Assembly (NCBI RefSeq): GCF_018977255.1
Contig: NW_024705342.1
Location: 1 to 52,855 of the forward strand
DNA: 52,855 nucleotides
Origin: Callorhinchus milii
Lineage: Eukaryota
Direction: 5' to 3'
The position numbers and the translations under genes are program-made. Of the stretch, positions 15,001-30,000 are shown one piece after another. Every line of letters starts with the position of its first letter. Position 1 is the stretch's first letter. The notes under the pieces were generated by a model, which saw nothing but the letters and a program-made list of their open reading frames with translations, made no database searches and had not been told where the DNA came from.

Positions 15001-18000
15001 GCGTCGCAGCTACCGAGGGAAGTGAGGCACGCGTGGGGGGTAACGACAGGGGCATGCGGAGATCCTACGAGTGCCGCCCGTCGGAAAAGGTTGCGTGGAT
15101 ATGTTGCAAAATCCTTGGGAAACTGCCGATATAGTGTCGGGAGAAACATCCTGTGCATTTCGAGCGCGATCGCGGATACTCTCATCTAGTGTGCGAATGC
15201 TGAGAAGTTAAGCCGATCATATCTGACGGATGGAGCGTGTATAGTAAATCAGATGCGGCTATCTCAAAAAACTCCACCATTGCTGAACATAAGAGGCGGT
15301 TGAAGGAACCTAAAGAAGTATGCGCGGTAACGAGTGCCCTGCCCTAGGTGACGTAAGGAGTAGTATTCTCCCTTGCGGATACAGAGGCCAGTAATATTGA
15401 ACCCCTCAAACCCGATGTCTCTATAGAGAGCCTCATGCGAGTCTGGCTATTCATACACGGTAACGTTCCATAACGGCGGAATTAAAGCGCGTGCTTGTGT
15501 CGTTACGCGTCAAAGGTATCACTGAAAATTCTTTACGTCGGTAGTGTGGGCAACATCCAGCCTGCTTTGGAATTATACTGATGAAGCCCAACCCAAGGGG
15601 AGGCTAGGTTGCAGAATGAGGGGGCCCAATACTAAAAGGGAGTAACTAAATGGTGACGGCGGTGTGAGTGTTTGCTAAAAGTGCGGGATTATTCTTGAGC
15701 TACTACGAGAATTATTCGCGGGTGCTCTAGTTCGTACCTATCTGAGTGAACAAAGTGCCAGACCAGCTTCGCTCGCCCCCAATCAGCACTCTCCTTAGAT
15801 TCTTAATGAACGTCATTAAGCAGACTCTTACTTGGTCCCTCACTCGCCAGGGTAACAAAGGACAATCAACCAACTAAGTCCCCTCGATTGCAGCAACGGA
15901 CGCGTCGGTAAGACAGTATTAAAAACACGGTAAGCTGACCCCCGCATTCGCGTTGTTTCCAAAGGCAACTACACGGGTACTACTGGGGTCGAGCGGCCCT
16001 GTCGTGAATGCAATCCGCTCTTAGTGGACCTCTCCTAAGAATTCGGTAGGGTATATTTCTCTGACCAATTTAACAGTAACCATGTTCCCTAGTATAGAAT
16101 ACAGACGGACACTGCAGCGAGTTGCGTTTCCTAAATTACTGATCCCCCCTATTGCACCAAGGATGGGCGGTAGCATATGGACGATTTCGTGAGCCATAAT
16201 AAACAAAAAAAGGAGTCATCCGAATACAAATATCCGTGTTAGAGTTCTCACATTGCCTATCGTTAGCATTGTCCCTGGGGTATGAAGAGCAGCAGTAGCT
16301 TTTAGATACCTTCTACGGTAACTCACAGAGCTTAATTATTAGTTCACTACTGCTTCGTCCGCGACGTCTCTAAGCAGGAATCCTAGCCACAGTGAAGAAA
16401 CTACCAGTACGCTTTCCTTTAGGTGTTACGGCAATCTGCGCACCGGGCGAATCAGCGTCCCAGGATTAGGGACCGCACAGGCCCAGAACTCCTCGCGTTC
16501 TCAGTCGGGCCAGCAAGGGCAAGTGACCTATTGTGTCCATCGAGTTTTGGGTTGTACATCAGTTAGCAAGAAACTTCAGACTGTGGGCTTTAAGGATAAC
16601 CGCGCAACGCGCAGGGAAGCCTTCGCGCACAACCTTTCTGTTCTGAATATAACCAACCTGCCTCACCGGTATTTCCGTCGGGATCTAGACATAGTTCGAC
16701 CTCTTTCGAAGAGCGAAGGATTACTATCGCATTACGTGGCGTGGGGATTTTTAGGTATACTTGTGACTGCTATGGTGCTCAATGCTAACTGGTTCACTGT
16801 AAGATGTGGAATAGCAGTAGGCTTCGCCCGGGTTGTAGAATACCCATGAAACCCGGCTCGCACAATACTAGAGCCAACCAGTGTGACCAGGAGAGTAAAC
16901 TAATCTTACGTACCGGGTAATAACAGGGTGAGGTCAGCTTGCCACATATGCGCTGGGATGGGGCTTCGGGATGTTGATTGCACTCTAATCTCGCCATACG
17001 TCTCTTGGTAAGACCTCACCTTAATAATGTTTGCAGGCTGGACTCGCTTTGTGCCCAAACACAGGGCAAACTTCAGGCATGCCCCCATATTGTTTATAGA
17101 CTGGTCATTAGAAACAAGCGACGCATGAAGGGCCATAGCGAGGTCCAGGATGTACCCGACGTCAGAGTGATAGCGGACAATGTAAGTTGATTCATCGATC
17201 TCCACAAAAGTCTCTATTACCGTACGTCTTTCCGAGGAAGAAAGTGCGTGCTCCCAAGCCTATCGCTGGCAAAGGAGTGCTTCTTGAGTCAAGGAGGCGA
17301 CTACCCTAAAGACAGGTGAAAGTAGAACTAGGGTCTCCAGTCAACGGTTCTAGATAAATATCTCTTACTTAAGTCCACCAAAATGGGTACTGATTAGCAG
17401 TTGTGCTAACTTTGGTTTCAACGGGTGCCCCAGATGGAGTTTCCAGGAGGATCCGGCGTGTGAGGTGTCCTTGCGTCTGTGAGGTCAACCCCCTGTGAAA
17501 TCGAGAAAGGTACGTAGCCGTAGAAACGTCTCGAGACGATCAAACGAGCAACCGGTACTAGGGCTAGCGCTGAATGTAAATACAGCTTACGCTAAACAGT
17601 TAGGTCAGCAGCATCAATAGTAGGTATTACGACTTCCGACACACCCGGTTTGTTCCTCAAGCGTTTCTGCTAAGTTCATACTAGCTGCGCACTCCTAACA
17701 GCTGTAGGGAAACGACAAACCGAGAATTTAGCCCGTAAAGGCTTCATCGCAATTTCTCAGTCGGTAGTGCGTCCTTCCTAGTTTCCCTTAGGCAGGTCTT
17801 GGGTACTTACCCTCGTGAGGGGTCATGATTGGTCGCTCGCAGATACTTTGGAGGAGTACACGGTTTTTAGGCTGGGGTGTACGGGAACAGGGGAAGAAGA
17901 GCCTTTGCCAGTAAAGTCGGTAGAGGGATATAGCTCTCGTAGGATGCTAGAACATAATTCAACTCCCCTTCTTTGAACATAAAGCGAGCTGCCAATTTCA

Positions 18001-21000
18001 GGGTGCTGCAGAAGTGAGACTTAAGAAGGGGAGTAACAGTCAAAATGATGAGGAGCGAGCTTATCCTGTCATTCAGTTCAAGGCCCTCCGAACGACGAGA
18101 CTCGAGCATAGATAGCGAGCTGGGGACTTGGGTCACGTTTCTCGCGCGATTGCTATCGACGAAATCAACTTAACTGACTATAGACTTTTAATGACCTCAT
18201 TTTGAGCCCCAAAAAACTACTGCTGGAATCTTGCCTGACGCGGGGAATGTGTTTGATGGAACCGGCTCGCTACGTGTCACCCCAGTCAGGGGTTCGTCAT
18301 CCCAATCGGCGTGATACTACAACAGATGGCCCAGTCCTGAAACAAGGATATCGCAGAACGATTAAGTGACCCAACATCCCGACGGGCAGTAAGTGTTGAG
18401 GTGTGGGAAGTAAGTCGCGTACTGAACCGCCAGAATATCCAATGAGGTATTCGAACTAGGTAACGTTTTGCAACTCAGCGTTAGCTTTATGGGTGGGCTG
18501 AGTACCACAAAGCTCGCTTCTGGGGTATACATGATTTCTAGTCCGTATGATGAGTAAGAGTCTGGTAAGTTCGCTTCCACAGATATGTGTGGGGGTCTGC
18601 GAGATCGCGGGTTGCGGGTCAGATCTCGGCAAGAGGAGACTAGTGGATCAACCTCAAGTTTGTGCGATTGACATTGTAACGTATGACCTAGATAATGCCA
18701 AAGAAAATACCTTAATCGTCCCTGGAGCCTGGGCCAGTTAAATACTGCGGCCAGCAGTGCCTTCTCTGACTTACCGGGCGCTGAATAGTACACACAAGTC
18801 TCTTAGTAGTACAGAGCCACCGGCTACAACGCTATGCGAAAGCAACACGCAGACCTGCATAAGTTTTAAGCGAGAAGAACAAATATTTAGACACACAGAA
18901 AGCGTGGTCGAAGTATCTGTAGCAGACCAAAAAGTGTTGTCACGTCTCTATCTACCTAGATTGTGGAGAAACAAGGGATTCGCCTTACCCATATTGGGAA
19001 CAGCAACCTGAGCCTCGTTCTAACCAGAAACCGTAAGCCAGGTGATGTCTTATATTTGACCGTGGAAGACGATCTATAGTGTTGGAGCCCAACCTGTTTT
19101 TTGGGCGCAGCCGGGGCGCTCTCGAGCAACCATAGTTAGTCCACCAACGGTGACATTGGAACTCCACGCGGCGAAACGCTCTGAACTCGTTACTGCGCTT
19201 CCGCACTCTATTTCCCCTTTGATGGACTATCGGATTCATTCGAAAGTGGAGTGTTGCAAATCAGAACTACACTCGTATCCGATTAAATCTCCAATGCTTC
19301 AGGCATCATGCTTGTTAAGGTACCCCCAGGTTGTCGTGTTACCAAAGCGGCCGCGTCAAGTATCTACCTCATCAGAGTGGGGACTCGGAGTCGAGTTGGA
19401 TCCCGACCAGGGTACGGGTCAATTGCAACTCCGGTCTATAGTCTGGACCTTCGGCATATGATTCGAGCGATGCAAGGACGGATCATTTTTAGGACCGCTT
19501 GTGAAGCTTTAATGTCCCATTGTCACATAAACCTGTGTGAAATATTTTAGCCGAGACCTGATGGAGCGAAGGTTAGTGGGTGCCTCTGACCCCGGTGAAG
19601 AGGATAGCCTATACGAGCAGTCCACGCTCGGGTTACATACCCCCTTTAGAGAGAACTAAATCCCTCTCTTCTGCAAACTGCGCTACTTTTATCTCCCTAC
19701 GCGGTGGGAATACTGACATAAGCTCCAACTAATAGGTCCTTTTCAACGCCAGCGGGTCACGTCAGCGTTATTATTCCTTTAGTACAGAAAACTCTTCTCT
19801 AGGTGTCGTTTCTTTCTATCATAGAACAAGGCGAACGCGGTCTAGACAACTGTCGCTTACGTGTAATGCCTTTCTCTAGGAGGCAATGAGTCGCTTAGAT
19901 CTACTCCAGTATGACTTCCATTAGTATCACTTACCACCTGCAGTGAGTGTGCCAAGTGTAAATAAGGACGCTAGGGAGTGGTTATAATTGCGGCGACATT
20001 AAAAAACGAAGAACATCTCAAGCTATCATAGAACCCCCAAAGACCTTCCTTATCACAACGGTCATTCCGTTAATGAGGAGCTGAATCGAGGGATATAGCG
20101 TCTCCTGCTAGACTGCTGACTTCAGTGTTTTAACTTTATGTACAGCTCAACTCAGTATCGATCGAACGGATCGAACTCGATCAGTCGGAGCAACTACTTA
20201 ACTGCGCAATTCGGTATTATCCGTGGATCGCGCGTAGATGTCCGCCTCCAACACACAGGCTCTGGGGCAGGGGTGCTCGTGACCACAAGGCGCGATTGCA
20301 CAACGTGTGACACAGAGTGGCAACTTATTAGGTTAGTCTCTGTCGCCTATTCAACAAAATCTAATGGTTCCTTACGCAATATCCCTGGAGTGCAGCAAAC
20401 AAAGAATTGTGTATCTCGCTCCGGTGTTGTTGACTATTTGGCTATCTCTTCCACTTTCTAATCTATCTCCAGAATCTTTGGGACGCGCTGGGTGAAGCTG
20501 GTTGTTACTACTACCAATGGTCAGCCGTAACAGAAATGCGGTACCGGATTAACGGTGCGGAGGTCCTATCCTTCTTTTTAATGTGGAAGGGGACGAAACA
20601 CTACCCGTGGCTAGGTCTTGGATTTAACGTCGACTCCCTGTATAGGCCACTTTGTATCGGTATTACATAAAGCGTGAGTATCAGACCTCGATGAAGGATC
20701 ATAACGCGTTGTGGCTCTTAGTTGCTTGGGTCTAACACTACTTTAAACGACACGGATGAAGCCTGTCTCCTTAATATCAGAGGAACTGCGGGCTTGCCTC
20801 AGCGAGGGCGAGCCTTGAGGCGTCGATCCCAGTGTCACCGTATCCTGAGTCTGCGCACTGCGGCCTAGGCAAGAGATAAAAATGTCGTTAGGCTTCATGA
20901 GATAGTGACAAAGGTGTCCCATAGCGTTCCGTGGGGATTTCAGTAACATCAGAGTAAAGGTAGACTCTGCCGGAACATCGTAAACCTTGTACCCCACAAG

Positions 21001-24000
21001 CTTGTGCAGTAGCCGGATCCGATCGGGGGCGGGGCATGGAGGTGCGAATCCCGGTGAGCCCGTGCTGTGGTGTGCTAACGTCGTTTTACAAAGTGCAATG
21101 CCCTGTCGGCCACTTGATCATAGAACTTTAGCAAATGGAAAAGTGTGAACTACGGGCGTGGCAAGGCCCTCCGGAGCTGCCTCAACTGATATTTCTTTGA
21201 GAAGGTTAATCTATCTGCACCCCCTATCCGTTGTGGTAATAACACTGGAGCCCTGCTGGTTAGTATTGAACTCGTATCGGGCGGTGGATACAAAAGAGCA
21301 AAGTTAATGGGCGGGGGATTTGGCGCAAGTACCACGCGGCATCGGACCGCTCGTTCCACGCTCCTCAACTCGAGAGCTAAGATTATACTTGGGCCGGTCG
21401 TATACCGAGCATGAAGGGGTATTAGTGAACGTCTTGGTCGAAACCAGCGAATCAAGGTTTCTGAGTCCTTTGTGCATCTGTCACTAGACATAGTCGCGAG
21501 GCAATACTAGACGAGTGGTGTTCAGCGAAGCGAAAGCCGCAGGTGCATGATATGATAAGGCCAATCTCGTGTTAGAGGTATAATATAAGTCCTAACTAAG
21601 AATCCGTGCGCTCGGTGGCCTCAAGGTTAGGGATTTAAATAAGCGCAGGTTCGCCCGTCTCTATGGAGTAGGAATTACAGGGTGGGCCTTCGTTTAACTT
21701 GTCATTGCAACCGTCCGTAGCGTATGCTTCATTTTGCCGATTTATGATGCTCGCTTAACAATTAGTGCACGAAGGGGTGTATTGCCTTTGTCGCAGAACC
21801 AATCGAGCGGGCCTGGACTCAGAGTAGGTTTGTTGAGTAGATATCTGTACCAGTCTACCATCATTTGATCGCTCAGGCAATGGGACTTTAACCCCGTCCG
21901 GATTAGACCCCCAATTTATACTCATTGCCCATTCCCAGCCGTGGGGTCCTGACTGGATATAGCTATCGTTTCACAATATCCTTAGAACTTGCATCTTGCA
22001 ATAGTACTGGTCCGCATTCCACCTTGATTATCGAGACTCATATAGGCGAGTGTCGCGATGAGTAGCCCAAAGGGCCGGAACTCTGTTGGGCTCTAACGTG
22101 TACTCGCAGCCGGGTTCAACTTTTCTACATAGAGCGTGTCAGCAATGTACATGGCGTGCAGTCTAATTTTACACATAACGGCTGGGAGACTTATTTCCTC
22201 GAAGTTTCCATTGACCTCATAGTAACATTAATCTCGGTCTTGGTGACTCGTACTGCGCGGCGCGGTCTAACCAATACGCTCGTACTGGAACAGTTGATCA
22301 GTAATTCCCGCCCGCTCACGCCGGCGCTGCGGACATCACCCGAACCCCGCTGCCGGCCACCTTAGGAGACTATAGTATGGATCCTGTTGAACAGCAAGGG
22401 AATGTTAACTTAGTGGCGTGGCTGCCGTGTCGAGCAACTTCCCTCGCGACCTTATGAGTATTCCAATTGTAACTTCCATCTTCATACGCCAAAGCGTCTT
22501 GTCGTCTTTGCGGAGGCATCGTTGGATGATGCGATGTCTAAGCAACACAACCAGCGGATATTAACCGGATAGGACCACTAACCTTGCTACGGTTCCGCTA
22601 CCCTCGTGGTGTCTCCCAGAGACGTTACCAGGAGGTGCAGAGGACGCCCGAATAGTCTATTTGTTGTGCATAGCCTGAATATGCGAGGCATGAAGGGAGG
22701 CGCCAGAACTCAAGAGTGGCACGTTCACGGCCACGAAACACCCGAACAGTCTGAAGATCAGGTCACTCGAGATGAGAGGAGTTATCGTCGATACCAGGAA
22801 CGTCTGGTGGGCTTTGTTGTGCGGGGTCCAGTACGCTAAACATTTTCTTCCGGAACAAAGCTAGTCGAGCGTTGTAGAGATTGACCGGTTTCCGTCCAGG
22901 GAGTCAGGCATCCAGCTTTGTACACGCTGCTTTTATGATGGCAAGATGGATGTCTGAGGCGGTATACACCATTCGCACATCCGTTCCCGTTGTTCCTGAC
23001 TTCGCTTCCATTAAACAGAGAAGTAGCATCGGGAGTTCATACTCGACCTCGTCCCAACCACAGCTCACATGAGAGGAGCATTAAGGGGCCCCGAACATGG
23101 GCAGCCGCGGTGCATCCACTCTCTTGACCATGAGATTACAATATTACAGTAATGCGCGTCGACCTAAATGATATCTAACTACCTGAGATGTATTCGAGCA
23201 ACTACACAACTCCACTCCGTACGAGCGCCTTCTCGGCGCCGGGGCCTTCAGAGATGTTGGACCTCGGTAGCGACGAAAAGGGGCGAAGGCTGGATGGTTA
23301 GAGATCTTCACCAGCTCCTAGCGTCGTGCTCGCTCTGCCGGCTGCTGATCCGTGGGGTCTGCCAGGCCGGGAGAGGAGTCCTAGCTGCTGAAGCGAGCGA
23401 AAGATCTTTGCTAAAGGGAGGAAGAAGGTTGTTGTATGATCCAAGGTGACTAGCCGAGCCTGGCACAAGGCTTATTGCACTGATTCAAGTGGACATTTAC
23501 GACGGATAATCACAAACTGGAGGGTAGTGTAAATTTCATAACGCAACGCGGCATGGCAGCACTTTCAAAGACCAGGAGGGCTGCGGAAAGGAACAATGGT
23601 TCACTACGTATTTCGACGTCCACTATCATCGTGGGGGGAGGCTACAAAAGAAGCACAGCCGCGGTCAGCCACCGCTTGCTTCTCAGTTTCCGCACCGATT
23701 TTTCATTTTCGTTCACACCTCGAATCTAAGGCCCATCCGAGCTCCGAGACAATTCACAACTTTCCGTTTTCACATTATAGTGTTGTCATATCACGGTTTA
23801 GTCCTAGGGAGTACCTCGAATCCTGTAGACCTGAAGAATCTGGAACTGGACAGGCCCACACGCTAAGCGGACGATAGTTACGTAGTGAACTTCTGCTCCC
23901 CAAATTTTCGAGATGAAGCACTTTTGCTACACCCAAACGGTTTACATGTACTGTGTATCCTCTTTATGGGCGGCGTCCTGGGCTGTTGTCCAGTTAAGGG

Positions 24001-27000
24001 ATAGTGTACTGGGATTTGGAGGGGGTGCGCCAGCGACTAAATCCATTCGTGGGGGTCCGGTTGTGAGTGAGGATTTACATGCCAGTTATAATGGCTTATA
24101 GAGTTACAAGGCGCTCAAAGCATAAGAGTGTCTATTAAGGATCCAGAAGTTCAGAAGTCAGAAGATCCGGAGTGTTGGCACGAATGTACGTTGTTGGTTT
24201 TACGGCTAGTGTGTCAGCGACTATGGGAAACGGCCGATCTTATAATGCGGTCACCTCGTGCTATCAAAAGAGCTGCTATCGGCATTTCGTGTGTTAACTG
24301 CAAAACTTGCGACCACGAGAGCCGGTTGAGGTGGTTTCGAGTTGGGGCGTCGACCTCCAACTGTGCCTGGGCGCGCTCATGCTGACCCGTCATACGTGGA
24401 CGTGGTCAGATTTCAAGCTCGCGTATTAGGCGCGCCAACCAGGTGACGCCTAGCTAATTAGATTCCACGGACACTAAGGCTAGATTTAGCGGACTTGTAC
24501 AACTTCGCCCAGAGCACTGAAAGGATACCGACTCTTCGGGGCGCTGTAAAAGTCTGTGAAACACACCGTGCTCACTCCGCGTCACTATTTTAAATCGACA
24601 TACATACTACCTAACAGGCAATATTCCTATAAGTTAGCAAAATGGGCAATCGCCTCGGCGACGAGTAGATCTCATGAATCAGGCCTCAACCTGTTGCGAG
24701 CTGTATCCACCTGCCCTGTAGGTCAGATACTTCACCCGTTTGGCAGAGTTCTGGGGATTTGACAACTGTCTTCCTTGTAGGAAGTACTCATAATTAGGCC
24801 AGATATACGAATGGCATGGTTACCTGTTTCTATGACTGCCTGTGATTTTCGAGGCAGACACTATACTATTCCTATCGACAATGACACGGGACCACAATAA
24901 CCGGCGAATCGGTTGACTATAATCAGTGCATCATAGACATAGAAACTCGTCAGCGAAGAGTTTTGATTATGCTTTCTTGACCACCCTCCTTAGTTAAACG
25001 TCATGATTGATCAGCCGAATGGGTCTCAACTCCTGTTGACGAATATGCGCCAACTTCACCTTTTGCGCTGGGGGGGAACATCTCAGACTCCAACAGCCGC
25101 CCTTTAATCTACGGACGGATATGAACCGAGTTAATAGAATGACCGGTAGCACGTGGCCCGGAAACCGCTAATATAAAACAAATTACCGGGGTTCGATAGC
25201 CACGGTAGCCGATAGCAGATGCAGGGCCTTTTGATGTCTCGCTGAGTACCAGAGATTCCACTCTGCACGTATGAGGCATATTAGGGTCCAACCCGACTTT
25301 TCCGATATAAAGATAACCTCATGATCTGATCGAGGCCGGGACGATGAAGCTGAAGCCAGACGTAGTCTCGGTTCGAAGTTGAGACAAAGGACTCAAGGCC
25401 TTCGTAAATACCCACTCAACGATCAGTCCCAATGCTACACCGTAGGCGGGTGCAACCAGTGGTAATGCATCGTGGTACCAAGTGCACACCCCCCACACTT
25501 CATGGCAGGTGTGCCAGCTAGCTAGCTGCGGTAAGGCGAATGGTCTATGTAGCGGGAGGGACATACTATTGTCTTAGAACCCGTGGCGTCGTTGTTGAGC
25601 GCATCGCTGAGTGGTGCGACCGCCGGGGGATTGATTACCTAGACTTCATAAAACCGCTTAGCATCGAGTGAAACACGAATTACAGGTTATTCGGGGTGAC
25701 ATCGGGCGTGGCCGCCGAACTATTTAAACGTTAATGGAACGAAACTCTCTCTAGGTAAAGACAGGCCTTGCCCTGAACCTGACTCTCGGAGGCGCACCCA
25801 AACGACGGAATTGTAAGTACAGGAATCGATCGTAAGGGCCCTCGCCCAGATCCGGCAGTCGTATAAGATGATTAATGGGTGTGGTATGTATCCAAATGAC
25901 ATGCGCATTGAGATTGGCAGGGCCCGTGCGCTCCATAATGAAGAATTTCCATAGTGGACGGCTACTGATGCTGTCCAATTCCACAGTGATGACGCCTAGC
26001 TGATTAAGAATGCATTGCAAAGATGAAGATCCCAGGTTGGGATCACGACCTGCGGACTGAAAAGGAAGCTTTGGACATCACCACTGCTTGCCTGTACGGA
26101 CTGAGTTTTGCTGGAGGCCGTTACGGTTCAAAGAACCATTATTTTTAACAGACCGGGCTTAAAAGCCATAATAGTCCAAACTACGATGCATTTACTGAAC
26201 CGTAATCGGGGTAATCAAATGATCGGCCATGACAAAGACGTATTGGGGACTTTGCCAACAGGGGACATGTGGCAGAACAGTTTGCCCTTGCTCAGGAATG
26301 GCTCCTGCGAAACTTAAAGCGGATCATTGTATTACAAACTCGAGCAGTATGTGTAACCTCCCAGCAACGTGGGCATTAGTTGACAAGCAAACGGAACCAA
26401 TCTCATTGAATCGACGCTAGCGTATTTGCTCAGCTTTTATAGGATGCCGGTCGGGCATTCTGGATCATAATCTAGTTAACCCCCGCCACGCGGATATAAC
26501 CTGTCGAAAACTTTCTAGTGGCCGAGCTGGTAATCAAAACCACATTGCTCTCCGCGTCACCGGCGTTTCGACCTTGAGGAGCGTCAGTCACGCCTTTAGA
26601 CCGAGCAGTGAGCAACCATTTTCCTACAACTGAATTTTGTATTACCCGTAATACTGCGGGAGACCCGCGGAGGTAAAATCATCTGGCCGGACTAAGGTCC
26701 CGAATGGTAACCAATACACGAGTTGCATTCTAAGTGAATTAGTGATCCCAGCCTAGTCGGGGGACGAGGGGAGGATAGTGGAGCGTAGGGGACTTACACA
26801 CTTGGAAGTGTACGGATAGCGGACTATCTACATTCCAGCATTGGAACTCGGGGTATACGACCTGTGCTGCGCCTCCCCGGAGTGTTACAGCCTCAAAGTT
26901 CGCATGATCGAAATACACTTAATCCCATAGATCTCCTCGTTATGATTTAGGAGTGCCTTAAGTTTTTGTAAATCGAACATATGGCTCTCTAGCCCCCTAT

Positions 27001-30000
27001 TTAAGTCAACCGAGTATCATTCCCGTCAGAAGTCTAATACCGCGTGCGCAGATTTGATGTTCGGGGCCTGTAAGTGGAGCGTTACTGGCGGAGTGGCATG
27101 TAGCGTTTTGAGTGAAGAAGCGTCCCGCAGTCTGCACCACATACGCAGTCGGAGATGGCACCCAGGGGTAGCGCTGCCAGGGCTTCAATCTAGAGAGGAT
27201 AAGACATTGCTATTAGTTTTGGACCTCAATTGGGTCTTTGGCATCCTAACTGCTATCTAGCAGTCTTTTTACACCCTACATTATTGAAGATCTATCCTTT
27301 GTTGACCAAGCCTGCGCATCTCCTGTTGATGTTTAGCCTCTCTTTCTGAAAAGCTGCTACTGGTTAAGATAGGCTACAGCTGAATCGCGGTGGGAGTGCT
27401 CCTTGCTGGCACCGTGGTATGCCCTAAGTTCCTAGTTTGTTTCCAAACGGATGCTCCCGTGTGGAGCAGCAGCCAATGCGCCGATGTATAGAGGCAGGCA
27501 GTAGCGGACGAGGGCGCGAGCTGGAACGCTAGCATTAAACGACCGGATGTGAGCGGGGAGTACGTCAAATGGGCAATCCCTCTAGTCCGGACACCACGAG
27601 TCGTCTTTAAGCATTGAGTTTTTTACAGAATACGAGTAATGCGGTCGCAGAGGTCTGCAATGATCTGCAGTTCTCTTCTTAATATCACAATAGCAGACAA
27701 GTTTAACCTTCGAAGGACAGATCATAAAAGTTCCGACAACGGTCCCCACTGGTCCGTTGTAGAGGCAGTGGCGTCTGTAAGACAACCGTCTAACCTCGAA
27801 GTCACATAGACAGGTGACTTTAAGCATGCGGAACTTAACCTAGGGGGGAAACCAGAACTGTCTCGTCCCGGGGGCACCACGCAATAGCGTCTAAATATTG
27901 ATACAGCGCGCTGCCCAAATGGCAGGAGACTAGAGCATTACTAAGATGGTGTCTCTCCACAAGGAAAGCTAGAGATGCTACGAAGCACGTCTAAGTCGCG
28001 GGGGATCTAGAACTCAGAAACTGTTAGGAATTACTCTTGGTGCGTCCTGCCAACATCGGCTCAGCGAAATCCCATTACTGACTACGATTAACGCAGCGAC
28101 GTTTATAATATTTTTGCCGTAGTAAGCTTTCAGTCGTCATTCGGTAAGTGTAGAGGGTGGCCAGAACCGCCCTCGCATCATAAATCGTTCTTAAGGACGC
28201 AAATTGTTTTCCTGTGTTAGCTCTCAGTTCGCTCTTAATGAGCGTGCCATGTAAGTTCGCTAGTTGTCTTGGTCTTGGTTTAAAACCACATACAGAGTCA
28301 ACTGAGACTTATGATAGTTAGATTTGCGGGTAGTGTAATCCCGATTCAGCCGGGGTCCGCCTTGCACAAAGCCGACGCAAATATTTTGTTGAGTAATTCT
28401 CGAAGACCTAATCATGTCGAGCTCATCCCCCAGCAAAAGTACGACTATCAGGGGACTAGCGAGTCAGTATTACCATTTATAAGGCACAAATCGTAGTTAC
28501 GATATCGTCGTATGCTGTGATTATTTAGAACATCGTGAAGTCTTGGATATTGGTCGTCTTAGTACTCCGCATTCGTTTTTTTGTTGCTCTGTCTTGACTC
28601 GATGTTTGGCCACCCATCAATAAGCATGACGTCGTGGAGAAAGTAATTCCAAGTGGGTGTCATTGCTCAACGTGGGACACTCTGCTCCTGACCTTCGTGT
28701 ATGACGGCCAGCGTTCCCTATCTAATCCCTCGCACGCTCATGATCATCCACAGTAAGAGTATTACGCAGCGACGCGGGCGAGTCTCGAACACCCCTATTA
28801 GCCAAGATAGTCTCAGACTCGCCACATTCTAAAAAGAATATGATTGGGTGGTCGTTCGTAGCCCCTAGAGGCGAAGTATATGTTAAGCGCTTTGAAGCTT
28901 CGGTCTCAAATCAGGAATATCTGAAAGACCCTTGCCTTCGGCCTTGTACTTTGAGAGAGTCGACCTTAATACAGCCATTTAACGGGATCGATGCCTTGGT
29001 ACTGCTTGCCGTACGCAGCAAACCGAATGGGACGTTGCGGTGGTCCCCTAGGTTAGTTTCTTTCTAGGCGACCTCATAAATTTGATAGGAAGTCGAAGGC
29101 AATCATCCGATGATATCACGACCGTCGGGGAGAAAAGTCCATGGCAAATTATTGGGCTGCTTACGGAGGAGTGGGGTTCACAATTAAAGAAGCTTTTGGA
29201 GACGGCGGACATATTGTGTGGGAACCCGGAGACACGAAGCCTACTTCGTCACTGAACTCGGGATGCCACGAGCCTGAGGCTATCACGTTTAGTAATTGAT
29301 TTTAGCTGACCATCTTCATCCAACATCTGTAACAAGGGCCGGCCCTCAAGAAGCGTGAGCTACTATAACTTCGTAGCGCACAACAGCCTGGCAATCATTT
29401 GAAGACGCTGGGCGCAAGTTACAGAATAATCCTGTCTACCGCACCCTTCAGCGCGCACGTAGCTTGGAGACTATGGAGGACCATGCGGAATTAACTCCAC
29501 TATAAGTATGAAGCTGCGTATACTTCTCCCGCAAGTGGTCGACAGTAGCTGATGACGCATAATTTTCTTATTAGAAAAAGGAAATTTTGAATTTATCACA
29601 TACAGCCACAGCTCAGCACGCAGCTCTACAGTTCTGATACCAAGAATAATAAAAAAACGTAAACTCCAGCTGGACGATCCCATGGCCCGGTCCTAAGTCT
29701 AGTGCCCGCTATAGCATGCTCATACCCGGTGTTGTTCAAGATGATTCAACGGACGCCAATCGGCGCCGGATGCAATATGTTACTCAGGGAATCCGGTTAA
29801 GCAATATTCTATCGTGGGATCCTTGGGTTCAACCCGTGGGATGATTGACCTCCTTAGAGGGAATTGTTGGGCCTTCGCTCTCAGCCAAGACTAAACGTGG
29901 CTGAGAGGGGGCCTCCTCTGGTTAACACATGGTCAGTATAGCCGATTGCCCGCCGTCGGAGGACGAGACACATACATAGTTCAGCCGACAAGCGTCCGGT

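Noticed and set aside
17527..17538. 12-bp palindrome CGTCTCGAGACG (also TCTCTATAGAGA near 15418)
   Set aside because: About 8 perfect 12-bp palindromes are expected by chance in 32 kb (32000/4^6).
21079..21091. CGTCGTTTTACAA, matching part of the lacZ-alpha/M13 primer region
   Set aside because: The match does not extend on either side and there is no other vector sequence.
29365..29375. ATAACTTCGTA, the first 11 bp of a loxP arm
   Set aside because: No complete 13-bp arm and no second inverted arm.
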